In this document: one piece after another, positions 9,889-19,130 of the stretch | Layout of the letters: every line of letters starts with the position of its first letter | Position numbering within the stretch: the stretch's first letter is position 1 | NCBI GenBank assembly: GCA_045612105.1 | Contig: JAZKYL010000113.1 | Coordinates: 226,099-290,098 of the forward strand | DNA from: Eubacteriales bacterium | GTDB taxonomy: Bacteria > Bacillota > Clostridia > Oscillospirales > CAG-272 | Direction of reading: 5' to 3' | DNA: 64,000 nt | Made by a program: the position numbers and the translations under genes | Notes under the pieces: model-generated | What the model saw: only the letters and a program-made list of their open reading frames with translations | Database searches by the model: none | What the model was told of the DNA's origin: nothing

Positions 9889-12384
9889 ATGAAGAAATTT
9901 TTAGCAATCGTTTTAACAATTTGTATGATCGTGACTTCGACAGCGTTCGCCTTCCCATTCACAGCATTTGCGGAAGATGCTAATAGCACGATCACAGTTA
10001 CCGACGTCGATTCATTGAATCAAGCAATCAAAGACATCGCTAACGGTGGAACTATTACCGTTAACGGTGACATGATTATTCCCGAGTCAAACAGTGGTTT
10101 CACCTTCAGCTCCGGTGCGGGAAAAACATACACCATCACGGGCGGTTCATTTGACTTTTCCGCTCTGACTTCCAGTGACGGCGAAAGAGGCTTTGTTCAC
10201 ATCAAAGACAACGTAACATTTGAAAATACAAAGTTTATCTTTGACTCCGCCAAAAATGACTATATCTTCGCTAACGGATACGATCTGACTATTTCAGAGA
10301 CGGTTACTTTCGAGGGCGCAGCGGTGTACTTTTACGGCGGTGTTCTCAATGGAGGCTGCAAATCCGTCAACGTAACTCTTCTCAGCGGAAATTACAAAAC
10401 AGTTTACGCTGCCAGTAATTCCAAACAAACCGTTTCAGGTGACGTTAATATTCACATTGGCGGAAGCGCAACCGTCACGGATATACTTGGAAACAGCGGA
10501 GGCAGTATCGTTGAAGGTGACGTTAACGTTCTTGTAGACGGCAATGCTGTTGCAAGCGGCGTTTACGGAGGTGGTAACGGCGGCACTGTCAATGGAAACG
10601 CTTATGTTACGGTTGGTGGCAACGCTGACATTAAGCTGATCTACGGCGGAGGTAGTGCCGGTACCATAAAGGGCAACACCTACGTTACTGTTAAAGATAG
10701 CGCTAATCCTAATTCAACTCCTTCGGATAGTAGCCATAACGGTGGCAACTACAACATTTACGGCGGAGGAAAAGGCACTATTGAAGGAAGTACTAACGTG
10801 TACTTTATGGATAATGCCAAAGCAGGCTACGTAGTTGGCGGTATGGCTCCCGGTTCGAACGGATCTATCGCAAACGGTGCTAATGTTTATATTATGGGCG
10901 GCACCACATATAGCGTTTACGGCTGCGGTACAAGTATAGATCACGGAACCGGTGCTAATATTATTATGACAGGCGGAACCGCTTGGCAGGTGTTTGGCGG
11001 CTGTGAGTCGTCAAGCGTTACCGGTGACGTTACTATAAAGCTTCTCGGTGGTACGGTTAAGCGTCGTGTTTATGGCGGTTGTTATAACGAAACCTCCGGA
11101 CTTTCTTTTGGAACTTCTTACTCCGTAACAGGTAATATAACTTTGATAATTGACAGCAATGTAAACATCGATTTCTCTTCTACTGACAATGACAGAAGCA
11201 TTTACGCTCATAGCCGACACGACAGCCCTTCTTCGGCAGAGATCTCTGCCATCTTGTTTACAGATTCCAACGCTTATAACACTTATAACAGTAAATTAGG
11301 TGCTCAGGATACCGCAATGAGCCTTATAATGGGCAATACCAGTTCCGCAGACGCAACCCACTGCCATTCCTACGCAATAAACGACAATATAGTCACACAA
11401 ACTTGTACCTGCGGCAATTCTGCAGCTGCTACAATTACGGCAAGAAATACAACGTATACCGGGGAAGAGATCAATGCAAGCATTGAGTATTCTGAACAAT
11501 GGGAATATGATAAATTCGAAGTGGTTCATTCCAATAACGTAAATGCCGGCACCGCAACTGCTACGTTCAGCGTTTACAACAATCAAGTTCATTCTGTAAG
11601 CTACAGCATTTTTAAGAGAACGCAAAAGGCTCCATCTGTTACGACCGATAATAACACTATCAAGGGTCTTACCACTGCTATGGAATACAGTAATGATAAT
11701 GGTGCAACATATACAGCTGTTACCAACCCCGAAATGACCTTTGAAGCAGGCAAATATTACGTTCGCTACGCAGCAATCGGTGAAAACGTTGCGGCATCAC
11801 CCGTAACCAAGGTATTCTTCGGAAGCGGTATTTCCGCAAACAAGGTAAGCGCACTTAATGGAAAGACCGTTGAGGTCATAATCAATATGCCTGTTAACTC
11901 GGGTATAAGCACTCTTGATCTTGCTATATCTTATAATACTACTGCGCTTACTCTTGACAACGTAACCGTTGGAAGCGTTGTTGGAGCAACTTACGCCAAC
12001 GGAAAGCTTACTTGGAGCGGCGAGAATACAACAAAAACCGGAATTCTCGCAAAACTTACTTTCACTGTAAGCGAAACCGCAGCAATAGGCAGTTATGATA
12101 TAACACTTTCTCAAGAGGGCTTCAGCATCGAAAACGGAACAATCAACGTTGTTGAATACGTTACCGGTGATGTTGGCGGTGACGATGGAAAGATCACTAT
12201 TTCCGATATCGTAGACTTAAGAAATGCAATAGCCAATGCAGAAACCGGGACTCTTGCAAGCGGTGCTGACGCAAACGGTGACGGTGCAGTAGATGTCCGG
12301 GATCTTATAGTTATTCGTCAATACATAGCCAACTATGACTATGATGCAGGAGAATCATCTGTAGTTCTCGGCGGCGCACAGTAA
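9889..12384 (+). CDS. Secreted protein with Gly-rich YGGG repeats, cohesin-like and dockerin domains
   Basis: Signal peptide MKKFLAIVL...AFA; repeated V-YGGG...G-x-V-x-G-D/N-x-x-V/I; cohesin-like GKTVEVII...ISYNTTALTL...ILAKLTFTV; dockerin GDVGGDDGKITISD / DANGDGAVDVRDLIVIRQYI. Confidence 0.75.
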   Translation: MKKFLAIVLTICMIVTSTAFAFPFTAFAEDANSTITVTDVDSLNQAIKDIANGGTITVNGDMIIPESNSGFTFSSGAGKTYTITGGSFDFSALTSSDGERGFVHIKDNVTFENTKFIFDSAKNDYIFANGYDLTISETVTFEGAAVYFYGGVLNGGCKSVNVTLLSGNYKTVYAASNSKQTVSGDVNIHIGGSATVTDILGNSGGSIVEGDVNVLVDGNAVASGVYGGGNGGTVNGNAYVTVGGNADIKLIYGGGSAGTIKGNTYVTVKDSANPNSTPSDSSHNGGNYNIYGGGKGTIEGSTNVYFMDNAKAGYVVGGMAPGSNGSIANGANVYIMGGTTYSVYGCGTSIDHGTGANIIMTGGTAWQVFGGCESSSVTGDVTIKLLGGTVKRRVYGGCYNETSGLSFGTSYSVTGNITLIIDSNVNIDFSSTDNDRSIYAHSRHDSPSSAEISAILFTDSNAYNTYNSKLGAQDTAMSLIMGNTSSADATHCHSYAINDNIVTQTCTCGNSAAATITARNTTYTGEEINASIEYSEQWEYDKFEVVHSNNVNAGTATATFSVYNNQVHSVSYSIFKRTQKAPSVTTDNNTIKGLTTAMEYSNDNGATYTAVTNPEMTFEAGKYYVRYAAIGENVAASPVTKVFFGSGISANKVSALNGKTVEVIINMPVNSGISTLDLAISYNTTALTLDNVTVGSVVGATYANGKLTWSGENTTKTGILAKLTFTVSETAAIGSYDITLSQEGFSIENGTINVVEYVTGDVGGDDGKITISDIVDLRNAIANAETGTLASGADANGDGAVDVRDLIVIRQYIANYDYDAGESSVVLGGAQ

Positions 12385-12399
12385 GTTCATTATACAATC

Positions 12400-12433
12400 A
12401 ACTCACCCTTGGATCATTCAAGGGTGAGTTTTT
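12400..12433 (+). terminator. Intrinsic terminator
   Basis: aactcacccttgg-atca-ttcaagggtgagttttt. Confidence 0.85.
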
Positions 12434-12551
12434 ATATGTAAAATTTGATAAAATTGTAATAATATATAAAATATTTACAATTAATGTGTTTACAAGTAGC
12501 AAAAAAAGTAGTAAAATATTTGGTAGAATTTATTACTTTGGGAGAATAGCA

Positions 12552-13268
12552 ATGTCAAAACCTATTTACAATAGAATTTTAGTAAAAATATCAGGCGAAG
12601 CACTCAAAAACGGATGTGAAAATGACATTCTCGATTTTGATTTTGTTGATAAAGTAGTCGAATCAATCGATAAGTGCCTTAAGGCAGGTGTTGAAGTAGC
12701 GATCATCGTCGGTGCCGGAAATATCTGGCGCGGTGCAAGAAAGGGCGTGGGTATGAACCGAGCAAGAGCCGATCATATGGGTATGCTCGCAACTGTCATC
12801 AACTCTTTAGCTCTTCAGGATGCGTTTATCCGACAGGGAATAGACGCAAAGGTTCTTTCTTCCGTAGAAATGAACACATTTGCTGATTTCTATACCCAGA
12901 GAGACGCAGACAAATATCTTTCCGAAGGTAAGGTCGTTATTTTTGGTGGCGGTCTCGGAGCTCCTTATTTCTCCACCGACACTCCCGCAGTTGTTCGTGC
13001 CGCTGAAATAGGTGCTGATATTGTTCTTATGGCAAAGAACGTTGACGGTCTTTATACCGCTGACCCCAAGAAAGATCCTACGGCTACTCGTTATGATGAC
13101 GTTACTTATGCAGAGATCCTCGACAAGAATCTCAAAGCCTTTGATTTGACAGCAGTTTCTTTCTGTAACGAAAATAACATAGATTGCTACGCATTCGCTC
13201 TTTCTGATCCCGAAAATATTTACCGTGCCGTAATGGGTAACACCACAGGAACTAAAATGCATAAATAA
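12552..13268 (+). CDS. pyrH: Uridylate kinase
   Basis: RILVKISGEAL, GAGNIWRG, ADHMGMLAT, FSTDT. Confidence 0.95.
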   Translation: MSKPIYNRILVKISGEALKNGCENDILDFDFVDKVVESIDKCLKAGVEVAIIVGAGNIWRGARKGVGMNRARADHMGMLATVINSLALQDAFIRQGIDAKVLSSVEMNTFADFYTQRDADKYLSEGKVVIFGGGLGAPYFSTDTPAVVRAAEIGADIVLMAKNVDGLYTADPKKDPTATRYDDVTYAEILDKNLKAFDLTAVSFCNENNIDCYAFALSDPENIYRAVMGNTTGTKMHK

Positions 13269-13303
13269 GATTAATATTTATATACATAGAAAGGGAATCA
13301 ATT

Positions 13304-13858
13304 ATGAATTACAACACTAAAGATCTTGAAGCAAAAATGCAAAAAACTATTGCATCCTATGAAACTAATCTCGACACTATTCGCGCAAGCCAGGCAAATC
13401 CTGCGGTTCTTAATCGAGTTACCTTTGATTATTGGGGTTCTCCCGCTGAAATTACCGCAATGGCTAACGTAAGAGTTGCAGATGCCAAGACCCTTGAAAT
13501 AATCCCTTACGATGCAAGCACACTTAAGGCAATGGAAAAGGCTATTCAAACCTCCGATATAGGAATCAATCCCTCTAACGATGGTAAGATTATTCGCCTC
13601 GTATTTCCCCAGCTTACCGAAGAAAGACGTAAAGAGCTTGCAAAGCAGGTACAGAAAATGGGAGAAGATGCTAAAGTAGCAGTAAGAAACCTCAGAAGAA
13701 CCGCCAATGATGATATTAAGAAGCAGAAAAAAGACGGACTTCTTACAGAAGACGACGTAAAGAATGCTGAAAAATCGGTTCAGGATATCACCGATAAGTT
13801 TATTAAGAATATCGATGCTATCACATCCGCTAAGGAAAAGGCTGTAATGAAGGTTTGA
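13304..13858 (+). CDS. frr: Ribosome recycling factor
   Basis: IRASQANP, INPSNDGKIIRLVFPQLTEERRKEL; follows pyrH. Confidence 0.95.
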   Translation: MNYNTKDLEAKMQKTIASYETNLDTIRASQANPAVLNRVTFDYWGSPAEITAMANVRVADAKTLEIIPYDASTLKAMEKAIQTSDIGINPSNDGKIIRLVFPQLTEERRKELAKQVQKMGEDAKVAVRNLRRTANDDIKKQKKDGLLTEDDVKNAEKSVQDITDKFIKNIDAITSAKEKAVMKV

Positions 13859-13878
13859 TCCTCAAAAAACTATACAAT

Positions 13879-13907
13879 TAGAGCGGAAGATTTAACTTCC
13901 GCTTTAA
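13879..13907 (+). terminator. Hairpin/terminator between frr and uppS
   Basis: agagcggaag-atttaa-cttccgcttt. Confidence 0.65.
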
Positions 13908-13942
13908 TTGCATAACATATATTTTAAGTATTTGGAGTTTAT

Positions 13943-14659
13943 ATGACGGATAATTATATCGTTAAAGTTGACGAAAGGCTTAAACATATTGCGTTTATTA
14001 TGGACGGAAACGGCAGGTGGGCAAATTCACGCAATATGCCGCGTGAATACGGTCACAAACACGGTGCACGGGTTTTTCGTGAAATAACCGAATATTGCCA
14101 CAAAATCGGTATAAAATATATCACAGTATATGCTTTTTCTACCGAGAATTGGAAACGTCCTAAAAGTGAAGTAAATGCAATAATGAAACTGCTTGACGAA
14201 TATCTTGACAAGCAAAGACCTGAAAACGCAAGTATTCGTTTTATTGGTGATATCAGCAAACTTGATGACAAGTTAATTGCTAAAATCAGAGCAATGGAGC
14301 AAGAAACAGCCGGGCACGAATCTGTTTTGAACGTAGCTATGAATTACGGCTCGCGAGCTGAGATCGTCAACGCATTCAATAAGCTGATAGCACAAGGCAA
14401 GACCGATGTTACAGCGGATGATATAAATTCCGCACTATATACCGGAGATTGTCCCGACCCTGATCTTATTGTTCGCACCGGAGGAGATCTCAGAATCTCA
14501 AACTTTCTGCTTTGGCAAGCAGCATATTCGGAACTTTATTTTACTGAAACGCTTTGGCCGGATATGACCGGCGATGACGTTGATAAAGCTATCGAAGACT
14601 TTTATACAAGAAAGCGTCGTTTCGGCGGCTTAGATAAAAAAACCGAAAAGAAGGATTGA
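13943..14659 (+). CDS. uppS: Undecaprenyl diphosphate synthase
   Basis: HIAFIMDGNGRWA, YAFSTENWKR, PDLIVRTGGDLRISNFLLWQ. Confidence 0.96.
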   Translation: MTDNYIVKVDERLKHIAFIMDGNGRWANSRNMPREYGHKHGARVFREITEYCHKIGIKYITVYAFSTENWKRPKSEVNAIMKLLDEYLDKQRPENASIRFIGDISKLDDKLIAKIRAMEQETAGHESVLNVAMNYGSRAEIVNAFNKLIAQGKTDVTADDINSALYTGDCPDPDLIVRTGGDLRISNFLLWQAAYSELYFTETLWPDMTGDDVDKAIEDFYTRKRRFGGLDKKTEKKD

Positions 14660-14662
14660 TTT

Positions 14663-15535
14663 ATGTTAAAGAGAATTATTACTTCTATTGTCGCACTATG
14701 CGTTTTTGTTCCGGTACTAATATTCAGCGATACGTGGATATTCCCGATAATTATGTCTGCATGCGCCGTTGTTGGTGTATGTGAAATGATGTTTTGTCAA
14801 GGATTCAAGAAAAATCTGTTTCTAATAATTCCCATATCTCTCGTGGCGGCATTTTTCCCGCTGTTTGCAAGATATTCTTATCTTAGCACAGCTGCCCAAT
14901 TAAGCTCTCTTCGTGAATTGCTGAAGCTTGCTATAAGTGTAGCATTTGTTATTGCGCTCTATGTCTTTGGCGTGGCTGTATTTGCTAACAAGACCGTGAA
15001 TGTTACCGATGCGGGCCTGCTTTTCGCGACGTCGTTCTACATAATCGCTGCATTCACCTCCATTGTATACATCCATGATTACATTCAGGGAGGGGAGTAC
15101 ATTTATCTGCTCACCTTTATCTGCGCTTGGGTCACCGATATTTTTGCATATTTTACAGGCAGATTTCTTGGCAAGCATAAGCTTATTCCTGCAGTCAGTC
15201 CCAAAAAGACTGTGGAGGGTGCTATCGGTGGAATAGTTTTCTGCGTTGGAGCTGTTGTTTTATTTGGATTCATTATCGAAAAATTCTTCAATCCCAACGG
15301 TGCCATCAGTGCGAATTATCTCATTCTCGCTATAAGCGGAATATTCATTTCTGTCGTCTCCCAGATCGGCGATCTTATAATGTCTGTTATCAAAAGACAT
15401 TATGGCATAAAGGACTACGGCAAACTTTTCCCGGGTCACGGAGGAATTCTCGATAGATTTGATTCGGTTTTAGCCGTTTCGCTTCTTCTTGCGGTTATTT
15501 GCTCATATTTTGAGCTTTTACCACTTATTGCATAA
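14663..15535 (+). CDS. cdsA: Phosphatidate cytidylyltransferase
   Basis: SPKKTVEG, GDLIMSVIKRHYGIKDYGKLFPGHGGILDRFD. Confidence 0.95.
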   Translation: MLKRIITSIVALCVFVPVLIFSDTWIFPIIMSACAVVGVCEMMFCQGFKKNLFLIIPISLVAAFFPLFARYSYLSTAAQLSSLRELLKLAISVAFVIALYVFGVAVFANKTVNVTDAGLLFATSFYIIAAFTSIVYIHDYIQGGEYIYLLTFICAWVTDIFAYFTGRFLGKHKLIPAVSPKKTVEGAIGGIVFCVGAVVLFGFIIEKFFNPNGAISANYLILAISGIFISVVSQIGDLIMSVIKRHYGIKDYGKLFPGHGGILDRFDSVLAVSLLLAVICSYFELLPLIA

Positions 15536-15553
15536 AAGTTTAAGGATTATAAT

Positions 15554-16732
15554 ATGAATTTAAACAAACCAAGTATGATAGTTCTGGGCTCCACGGGTTC
15601 CGTTGGAGAGCAGGCAATAGACGTTTCCCAAAAGTTCGGCGTCACAGTCGATGCAATATCGGCTCATAAAAACGTTAAAAGGGTTGAAGAACAGGCACGA
15701 GCATTTAACGTGAAGGCTTGTGCGATGAGTAACCCAAATGCCGCCAAGGATCTTCGTGACCGTCTCAAGGATACACGCATCAAAGTCTACTGTGGTACAG
15801 AAGGCATTTGTGAAATGATATCCGAGACTAAAAGCTCGTCAGAGAGTCAGATAGTTGAAAACTCTATCGTAGGAGAAGCGGGACTAAAACCAACTCTTGC
15901 AACCTTGAATGCAGGTAAAAAGCTTGCTTTGGCTAATAAAGAATCCCTTGTAGTTGGCGGCGATGCCGTTATGGCTTTGGCAAGAGAAAAGGGTATAGAT
16001 ATCTTGCCCGTAGACAGTGAACATTGCGCCATATTCCAATGTTTGCGTTCTGGAAAACAGAGCGAAATCAAAAACATTATCCTGACCGCTTCTGGAGGCC
16101 CTTTTTATGGATATTCCAAAGAACAGTTAAAAAATGCTACTTTGGAATCTGCTTTGGCTCATCCTACCTGGTCAATGGGCGCGAAAATTACCGTAGACAG
16201 CGCATCACTTATGAATAAAGGATTTGAAGTGATCGAAGCAATCCATCTTTTTGGAGTAAAACCCGAACAGATAAAAGTTGTTGTGCATAGGGAAAGTATA
16301 ATCCACTCTGCGGTAGAATATATTGATAACAGTGTTATTGCCCAGATGTCTGTCCCCGATATGCGACATTGTGTACAGTACGCACTTACTCATCCTGAAA
16401 GAGGAGAGGCAACCACCGAAGAGCTTGATTTGTTCTCTATAGGTAAATTGACTTTCAGTCGTCCCGATACCGAAACGTTCGTACTGCTTGCCAAGGCTTT
16501 TGAAGCAATTAAGCTTGGCGGTGCTATCCCTGCGATACTCAATGCTGCAAATGAAGAAGCTGTTGCGGCATTTTTAGCTAAAAAAATAACTTTTTACGAT
16601 ATTTTTGAAGTTGTTTGCGAAACTGTCAACGGATTGAATGCTCGCAAAACAGTTAATGATCTTGACGGTATTCTTGCGTCCGCCAAAGAGGCAAGAATAT
16701 ACGCAAACAACCTTATAAACAAACGCAAATAA
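15554..16732 (+). CDS. dxr: 1-deoxy-D-xylulose-5-phosphate reductoisomerase
   Basis: LGSTGSVG, LANKESLV, PVDSEH, HPTWSMGAKITVDSA. Confidence 0.96.
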   Translation: MNLNKPSMIVLGSTGSVGEQAIDVSQKFGVTVDAISAHKNVKRVEEQARAFNVKACAMSNPNAAKDLRDRLKDTRIKVYCGTEGICEMISETKSSSESQIVENSIVGEAGLKPTLATLNAGKKLALANKESLVVGGDAVMALAREKGIDILPVDSEHCAIFQCLRSGKQSEIKNIILTASGGPFYGYSKEQLKNATLESALAHPTWSMGAKITVDSASLMNKGFEVIEAIHLFGVKPEQIKVVVHRESIIHSAVEYIDNSVIAQMSVPDMRHCVQYALTHPERGEATTEELDLFSIGKLTFSRPDTETFVLLAKAFEAIKLGGAIPAILNAANEEAVAAFLAKKITFYDIFEVVCETVNGLNARKTVNDLDGILASAKEARIYANNLINKRK

Positions 16733-16749
16733 ACCTGAACGGAGAATTT

Positions 16750-17970
16750 ATGAACACGATCCTGTATCTTTTGCTGACCCTCGTTTTACTCAGCATTATG
16801 GTAGTTATCCATGAGCTTGGACACTTTTTGTTTGCCAAGCTTTTTAAGGTTACAGTGCTGGAGTTTTCAATAGGAATGGGGCCAGCCATTTTTACAACCG
16901 GAAAAAAGAAAAACAAAGAATCAACTGATACAACCGAGGAAAGTAATCTTGGTAATACATTCCGTTCAAACGAAAGTCAAAATGAGACAACCGAAGAAAC
17001 ATCTCCTTCCATCGACACTGATGATATTCTCAACACATCCGCTTTAGAAAATAATAGCGTACAAGAATCAGAATCAACAAACGAAAAAACGGTATTCAGT
17101 ATAAGAGCCTTTCCAATCGGCGGATACGTCAGCATGGCGGGTGAGGATGAAGCTTCGACGGACAAAAACGCATTTTGCAATAAACCCGTTTGGCAGAGAT
17201 TTATTATCACCGTAGCAGGTGCCGTAATGAATATACTGCTTGGAATAATCTGTATGTTTTCTCTCGTAGGAATTGAATGTGCGCAGAATGACTTTTTGGC
17301 GTCAAATGTGATTGGTGGCTTTCAGGAGAAGGCTATTTCAAACACCTGTGAGAATCCTTTAATGGTTGGTGACAAGATCATCAAGGTTGACGGTGTAAGC
17401 GTACACACCGGTAATGAGCTTGTATATGAAATAATAAACAGCGGCTACGAGCCTATCGATCTTGTGGTCGTCCGTGATGGAAAGGAAGTAACTCTTGAAA
17501 GAGTAACCTTCCCGACAGAGGAAACCGCAGGGACCACCATCGGAATATACGATTTCAAGGTCATGAAAGAGGAAGTAACCTTCAGATCAGTAATGAAACA
17601 CTCCGTATTCCGCTCATTTTCAACAATCAAAGTCATAACCGACAGCTTAAAAGATATGCTTACGGGTAGGTACGGAGCCGAGGCTGTTTCAGGACCTATC
17701 GGAATGGCAGGAGCCGTGGGAGAGGCAACTAAAAGTGGAATAAATTCACTTTTATATTTGTTTACGCTTATTACTATGAATCTTGGAGTATTCAATTTGC
17801 TCCCTTTACCTGCCCTTGACGGCGGCAGAATAATCTTCCTCATAATCGAAGGAATTGCCAGAAAACCCGTAAAAAGAGAGATTGAACAAACAATAAACAC
17901 CGTCGGCTTAATGCTTTTGATGGCCCTTATGTTGTTTGTAACGCTGAAAGACATCGTAAATTTGTTCTGA
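16750..17970 (+). CDS. rseP: Site-2 intramembrane metalloprotease
   Basis: HELGH, PIGGYVSM, PDZ-like region, NLLPLPALDGG. Confidence 0.92.
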   Translation: MNTILYLLLTLVLLSIMVVIHELGHFLFAKLFKVTVLEFSIGMGPAIFTTGKKKNKESTDTTEESNLGNTFRSNESQNETTEETSPSIDTDDILNTSALENNSVQESESTNEKTVFSIRAFPIGGYVSMAGEDEASTDKNAFCNKPVWQRFIITVAGAVMNILLGIICMFSLVGIECAQNDFLASNVIGGFQEKAISNTCENPLMVGDKIIKVDGVSVHTGNELVYEIINSGYEPIDLVVVRDGKEVTLERVTFPTEETAGTTIGIYDFKVMKEEVTFRSVMKHSVFRSFSTIKVITDSLKDMLTGRYGAEAVSGPIGMAGAVGEATKSGINSLLYLFTLITMNLGVFNLLPLPALDGGRIIFLIIEGIARKPVKREIEQTINTVGLMLLMALMLFVTLKDIVNLF

Positions 17971-18033
17971 TGTTCCAAAAATGGGACTATAAGCAGTGTA
18001 TAATAAAAGCATCTTTATTAAGGAGAAATATCA

Positions 18034-19125
18034 ATGATCTACAATGATATCCGAAGAAAAACGTACGAAATCAATATTGGTGGCATTAGGATAGGCGGTA
18101 ATAATAAGATCGCAATTCAATCTATGACCAATACCGATACTAAAGATGCTATTGCTACGCTTGATCAGATCAAAAAACTTGCAAGTGCAGGCTGTGACAT
18201 AGTCAGAATAACCGTTCCTGACGAAGAAGCTGCTGAAACTGTCCGATTTATAAAAGAATCGGGCATCCGCACACCGATAGTTGCAGATATACACTTCGAT
18301 TACCGTGCTGCTTTGAAATCTGCCGAATACGGAGTTGATAAGATCCGCATAAACCCCGGCAACATAGGTGATGAAGACAGAGTTAAAGCTGTTGTAGATG
18401 CCTGCAAAACAAAAAACATCCCTATCAGAATAGGTGTAAACAGTGGCTCTGTGGAGAAGCATATTCTCGCAAAATACGGCTCACCCACACCCGAAGCGCT
18501 TTGCGAAAGCGCTCTTTATCACGCATCCATACTTGAAAAATATGACTTTTACGACACCGCAATATCAATTAAATCCTCAGATGTGTCAACTATGATTGCG
18601 GCTAATAGATTAGTTGCAGAAAAATGTGATTATCCTATACACATTGGAGTTACCGAGGCAGGAGACGCAAGGAGGGGAACTATCAAGAGCGCAATCGGTA
18701 TCGGCGCATTGCTTTGCGACGGTATCGGCGACACTTTGCGCGTATCCCTCACTGCAGATCCTGTAAACGAGATTGGCGCTGCCAAAGATCTTCTCACTGC
18801 CCTGAATATTGAAGGGCAGTGCGGAATGAATATCGTCAGCTGTCCTACCTGCGGAAGAACCAAAATAGACCTCATATCTCTTTCCGCAAAATTTGAAGAT
18901 GCAATAAAAGCCGAAAAGCTTGAAGATCTGCCTATTACAGTTGCTCTTATGGGATGTATTGTTAACGGTCCCGGTGAAGCACACGAAGCAGATATCGGAA
19001 TCGCCGGTGGTAAAGGAGAAGCTTTGCTTTTTGCTCACGGGCAGACTATAGGAAAAATCAAAGAAGAAGAAATAATCCCTAAACTTATCGATGAGATCAA
19101 AAAAATCAAGGAAAACAAAAATTAA
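18034..19125 (+). CDS. ispG: HMBPP synthase
   Basis: IQSMTNT, VADIHFD, RINPGN, SCPTCGR, MGCIVNGPGE. Confidence 0.96.
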   Translation: MIYNDIRRKTYEINIGGIRIGGNNKIAIQSMTNTDTKDAIATLDQIKKLASAGCDIVRITVPDEEAAETVRFIKESGIRTPIVADIHFDYRAALKSAEYGVDKIRINPGNIGDEDRVKAVVDACKTKNIPIRIGVNSGSVEKHILAKYGSPTPEALCESALYHASILEKYDFYDTAISIKSSDVSTMIAANRLVAEKCDYPIHIGVTEAGDARRGTIKSAIGIGALLCDGIGDTLRVSLTADPVNEIGAAKDLLTALNIEGQCGMNIVSCPTCGRTKIDLISLSAKFEDAIKAEKLEDLPITVALMGCIVNGPGEAHEADIGIAGGKGEALLFAHGQTIGKIKEEEIIPKLIDEIKKIKENKN

Positions 19126-19130
19126 TAACT

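Noticed and set aside
13908-13935. dif-like site (gcataacatatattttaagta)
   Set aside because: XerD arm does not match TTATGTTAAAT/TTATGTAAACT.
16912-17090. Acidic ~60-aa insertion in RseP
   Set aside because: Low-complexity loop at a position I would expect to be variable; catalytic motifs intact; no hidden repeat or promoter found.
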